Positions 36,326 through 38,884 of a stretch of 38,884 nt of DNA are shown here, piece after piece. Origin of the DNA: a virus. The stretch lies in the UHGV virus genome UHGV-0130462; one strand, written 5' to 3'. Below the pieces are notes generated by a model that worked only from the letters and a program-made list of their open reading frames with translations, had not been told where the DNA came from and searched no databases. Position numbers and translations under genes: made by a program. Each line of letters begins with the position of its first letter. Position 1 is the first letter of the stretch.

Positions 36326-37267
36326 ATGGCAAATGAATTAGTCGTAATTGAACAAGCTACGGCGCTAGATTTGTTTACGGCACCAGAAAAAGTAAATCAG
36401 ATGCTAGAGCACATTAAATCTCTTGCAGAAGAAGAGCGTAAAGAACTCGACAGTGATTTCTCAGTAGCTAAAAACCGAAAGGCTTTTGCATCTCTGGCGT
36501 ACAAAGTTGCTCAAACAAAAATGTATATCGACAAGGAAGGTAAAGCGGTTGTCGATAAGTTAAAAGAGCTACCCAAAAAAGTTGATGCTAATCGCAAGAT
36601 ATTTCGTGATGAACTAGATGCATTAAGCACAGATATTCGCAAGCCACTAACAGAGTGGGAAGCACAAGAAAAAGCTCGCGAAGAAGCTGAGGCGCTTAAG
36701 AAGCAAATCGAAGTTGATCACGAAGAAGCTCTGCAAATGAACGAGTTGTTTGATTTGCGCAAAGCCGAAGAGGAACGCAAACGCATTGCTCGTGAAGAAG
36801 AAATGAAGCGACAAGCTGCGGAACAGGCAAGACTTGAAGCTGAGCGCAAAGCACAGCAAGAAATTGAAGCAGCAGCACGGCGCGAACGTGAAGCAAAAGA
36901 AGCTGCCGAACGAGCAGAGCGCGAGAAGCAGGAAGCTATTCAACGTGCAGAGCAAGCGGCAAAAGAAGCCAAGGAAAAGGCAGAACGTGATGCTAAAGAA
37001 GCTCAGGAACGAGCAGAGCGCGAGAAGCAATTAGCTATCGAAGCTGAACGCAAGAAAGTACAGGAAGCAAAACAAGCGCGATTAGCAGAAGAAGAACGTA
37101 AGCGCCAGGAAGAAGCTAAACGTCAGGCTGATAAGGAGCATCGTCGCAAGTATAACCAAGAAACTTTACAGGCATTAGTAAGTAACGGATTTGATGAAAA
37201 ATTAGCGACTGAATTTATTAAGTTAGTTGCTAGTAATAAAATCCCCCACATGACAATGAACTACTAA
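36326..37267 (+). CDS. protein with a long E/R/K/A-rich charged helical region (coiled-coil or single alpha-helix) after a roughly 110-aa N-terminal domain
   Basis: ORF track; low-complexity ...REEAEALKKQ...AERAEREKQ... repeats; located just upstream of the Sak4-like ATPase. Confidence 0.6.
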   Translation: MANELVVIEQATALDLFTAPEKVNQMLEHIKSLAEEERKELDSDFSVAKNRKAFASLAYKVAQTKMYIDKEGKAVVDKLKELPKKVDANRKIFRDELDALSTDIRKPLTEWEAQEKAREEAEALKKQIEVDHEEALQMNELFDLRKAEEERKRIAREEEMKRQAAEQARLEAERKAQQEIEAAARREREAKEAAERAEREKQEAIQRAEQAAKEAKEKAERDAKEAQERAEREKQLAIEAERKKVQEAKQARLAEEERKRQEEAKRQADKEHRRKYNQETLQALVSNGFDEKLATEFIKLVASNKIPHMTMNY

Positions 37268-37322
37268 TACCCACCGCACCAACACCAGATAACCACCCTA
37301 TCGCTCACCTAGCGAGGTAACA

Positions 37323-37499
37323 ATGAAAACTAACTATTACAGCGCTATGCGTGATTGCATGGCGGTGCGTATCACTACGCCTTTTTTACAACTCGCACGT
37401 CAAGCGGCAAGGATAGCCGTCTCAACTAATAACAAGGATGTCTGGCGGTTGGCGAGTCAACTACAGAAGATGGCTTACGGGAGGAAAGTATGTCACTGA
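37323..37499 (+). CDS. hypothetical small protein
   Basis: ATG 37323 after the previous stop; overlaps the next ORF by a few nt; below the ORF-track cutoff. Confidence 0.3.
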   Translation: MKTNYYSAMRDCMAVRITTPFLQLARQAARIAVSTNNKDVWRLASQLQKMAYGRKVCH

Positions 37500-37765
37500 C
37501 TATACGTTACACCTATGCAGATATGACCAGTAGAAACCGAAATAACGGCACGGAAATAGCCTTTCAGAATCTTAACGATGTCCGCATTGAAACAGAATCA
37601 TTCAGGGAACTTACTCAATATTACCAACCTGAGCCATCAGAAGTCGTTGATTACATCATTAATCAGTATGACGCAAAGTCACTCGCAGCAGCTATTCATC
37701 TCTCAGGACGAGGGGAAGTAGTCGCAAAGATACTCAATGAGTTGTATTTCAGGAGGGTTGCGTGA
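37490..37765 (+). CDS. hypothetical protein
   Basis: ORF track. Confidence 0.45.
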   Translation: MSLTIRYTYADMTSRNRNNGTEIAFQNLNDVRIETESFRELTQYYQPEPSEVVDYIINQYDAKSLAAAIHLSGRGEVVAKILNELYFRRVA

Positions 37766-37910
37766 CAAATCATCAACAATGGTTGGAAGAATTACGCAGG
37801 AAGCGTAAAGAATCGCAGGAACGCGAACACGATGAATTTATGTATCAAACGGAAGTGTTAGGACGACAAGGATTGTCTATGCCTCTCAAGGACTTTTCAG
37901 GAGATTTTCA

Positions 37911-38231
37911 ATGAACGTTTCTAACTCATACCCTACCGATAAATACCCCCAATTAACATCACCGTCATTAGCAAAAAACAGAGAGGAAGCTCTGGCTCAA
38001 GCTATTGCAATGATTGAGGGATGTTTGCCAAATACGAGTGCGCCAGACAGGGAAAAACGATTAGCAATGGAACTGCTACACATGAACTTGGACGCATCGA
38101 AAAATCACCCTCCTCTACCTGCTCATATTCAGGCATTACGTGATGCGGAAAGGAATTCTGCACCGAGTAATAAGTTTGAAGTCGATTACTACGGAAGCGA
38201 TCGACGTCAAGGTCAATACTTAGGAGATTAG
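37911..38231 (+). CDS. hypothetical protein
   Basis: ORF track. Confidence 0.5.
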   Translation: MNVSNSYPTDKYPQLTSPSLAKNREEALAQAIAMIEGCLPNTSAPDREKRLAMELLHMNLDASKNHPPLPAHIQALRDAERNSAPSNKFEVDYYGSDRRQGQYLGD

Positions 38232-38884
38232 TATGAAATTCGCCAAGGCAATGCGAAAAAAAGCAAAATTAAGGCTCGCTTTAACAGGGCCTAGTGGCTC
38301 AGGTAAAACCTATGGAGCACTGGAAATAGCCAAAGGACTTGGCGGAAAAACGGCATTGATTGATACGGAAAAAGGAAGTGCTTCTCTTTACTCTGACCGT
38401 TTTAATTTTGACGTATTGGAGTTAGATCCACCATTCACACCAGAGCGATTTATTGAAGCTATCGGGGTTGCGCAGGAAGCTGGCTACGATAATTTGATAA
38501 TCGACAGTATTACTCACGAATGGAGTGGAACAGGCGGATGTCTAGAATTACTCGATGTGTTAGCAAAAGCCAAGTATCGAGGCAATACGTGGTCAGCATG
38601 GAGCGAAATAACACCACGTCACAATGCATTTCTCGACGCGATACTACGGTCTGACCTGCATATTATCGCAACGATGAGAAGTAAAACGGAAACTGCTCAG
38701 GTCGATAAAGGCAATGGTAAGAAAGGCGTAGATAAACTTGGCATGAAATCAGAGCAGCGTGACGGGGTTGAGTATGAGTTTACGACTGTACTAGACCTAA
38801 ATCACGAAACTCACACGGCAATGGCAAGCAAGGATAGAACAGGATTGTTCAGCAACGCCGAAGTTACTCAGTTAAATGAATTAG
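38232..38884 (+). CDS. Sak4-like RecA-fold ATPase (AAA_24 family), 3'-truncated by the window edge
   Basis: Walker A LTGPSGSGKTYGA near the N-terminus, LIIDS Walker B-like segment; GGAGA upstream of ATG 38232; open to the window end. Confidence 0.65.

Noticed and set aside
36647-37034. Antisense and alternative-frame ORFs (36647..37030 -, 36696..36896 -, 36834..37034 +) within the charged-helix gene
   Set aside because: Artefacts of the GAA/GCA-rich repeat; the long plus-strand frame is the coherent one.
36760-37130. Possible tandem-repeat or CRISPR-like array suggested by recurring GAACGAGCAGAGCGCGAGAAGCA segments
   Set aside because: The repeats are in-frame coding repeats (AERAEREKQ) within one ORF, with no spacer/repeat regularity.

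Overview
This window reads as a near-complete temperate P22-like (Sf6/HK620-type) podovirus genome, either an unintegrated phage or a circularly permuted representation, since no host flank is visible and attP lies inside the window. Minus strand, right to left from the immunity region: cro, cII-like, lambda-O-like initiator with internal ori iterons, DnaB-like helicase, nin region (HNH, NinB, NinI phosphatase, NinF, NinG), Q-like antiterminator, late promoter with tandem terminators, a terminator-bracketed KilA-N cargo gene, lysis cassette (lambda-S-like holin, putative endolysin, Rz with embedded Rz1), small and large terminase, portal, scaffold, coat, gp4/gp10/gp26/gp14, ejection proteins, tailspike, an AT-rich Wzy-like membrane protein, then attP and a P4-type integrase. 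Plus strand: CI repressor, OL/pL, nutL, N-like antiterminator, an early-left accessory operon (Sak4-like ATPase, Dam methylase, many small ORFs) wrapping from the window end to its start, ending in xis convergent with int. The most likely novel or accessory loci are the AT-rich Wzy-like gene beside attP, an AT-rich reverse-oriented membrane protein inside the pL operon, the KilA-N gene at the stx-equivalent site, and a small HExxH protein between lysis and terminase. All calls rest on reading the sequence and recalled family knowledge; no searches were run.
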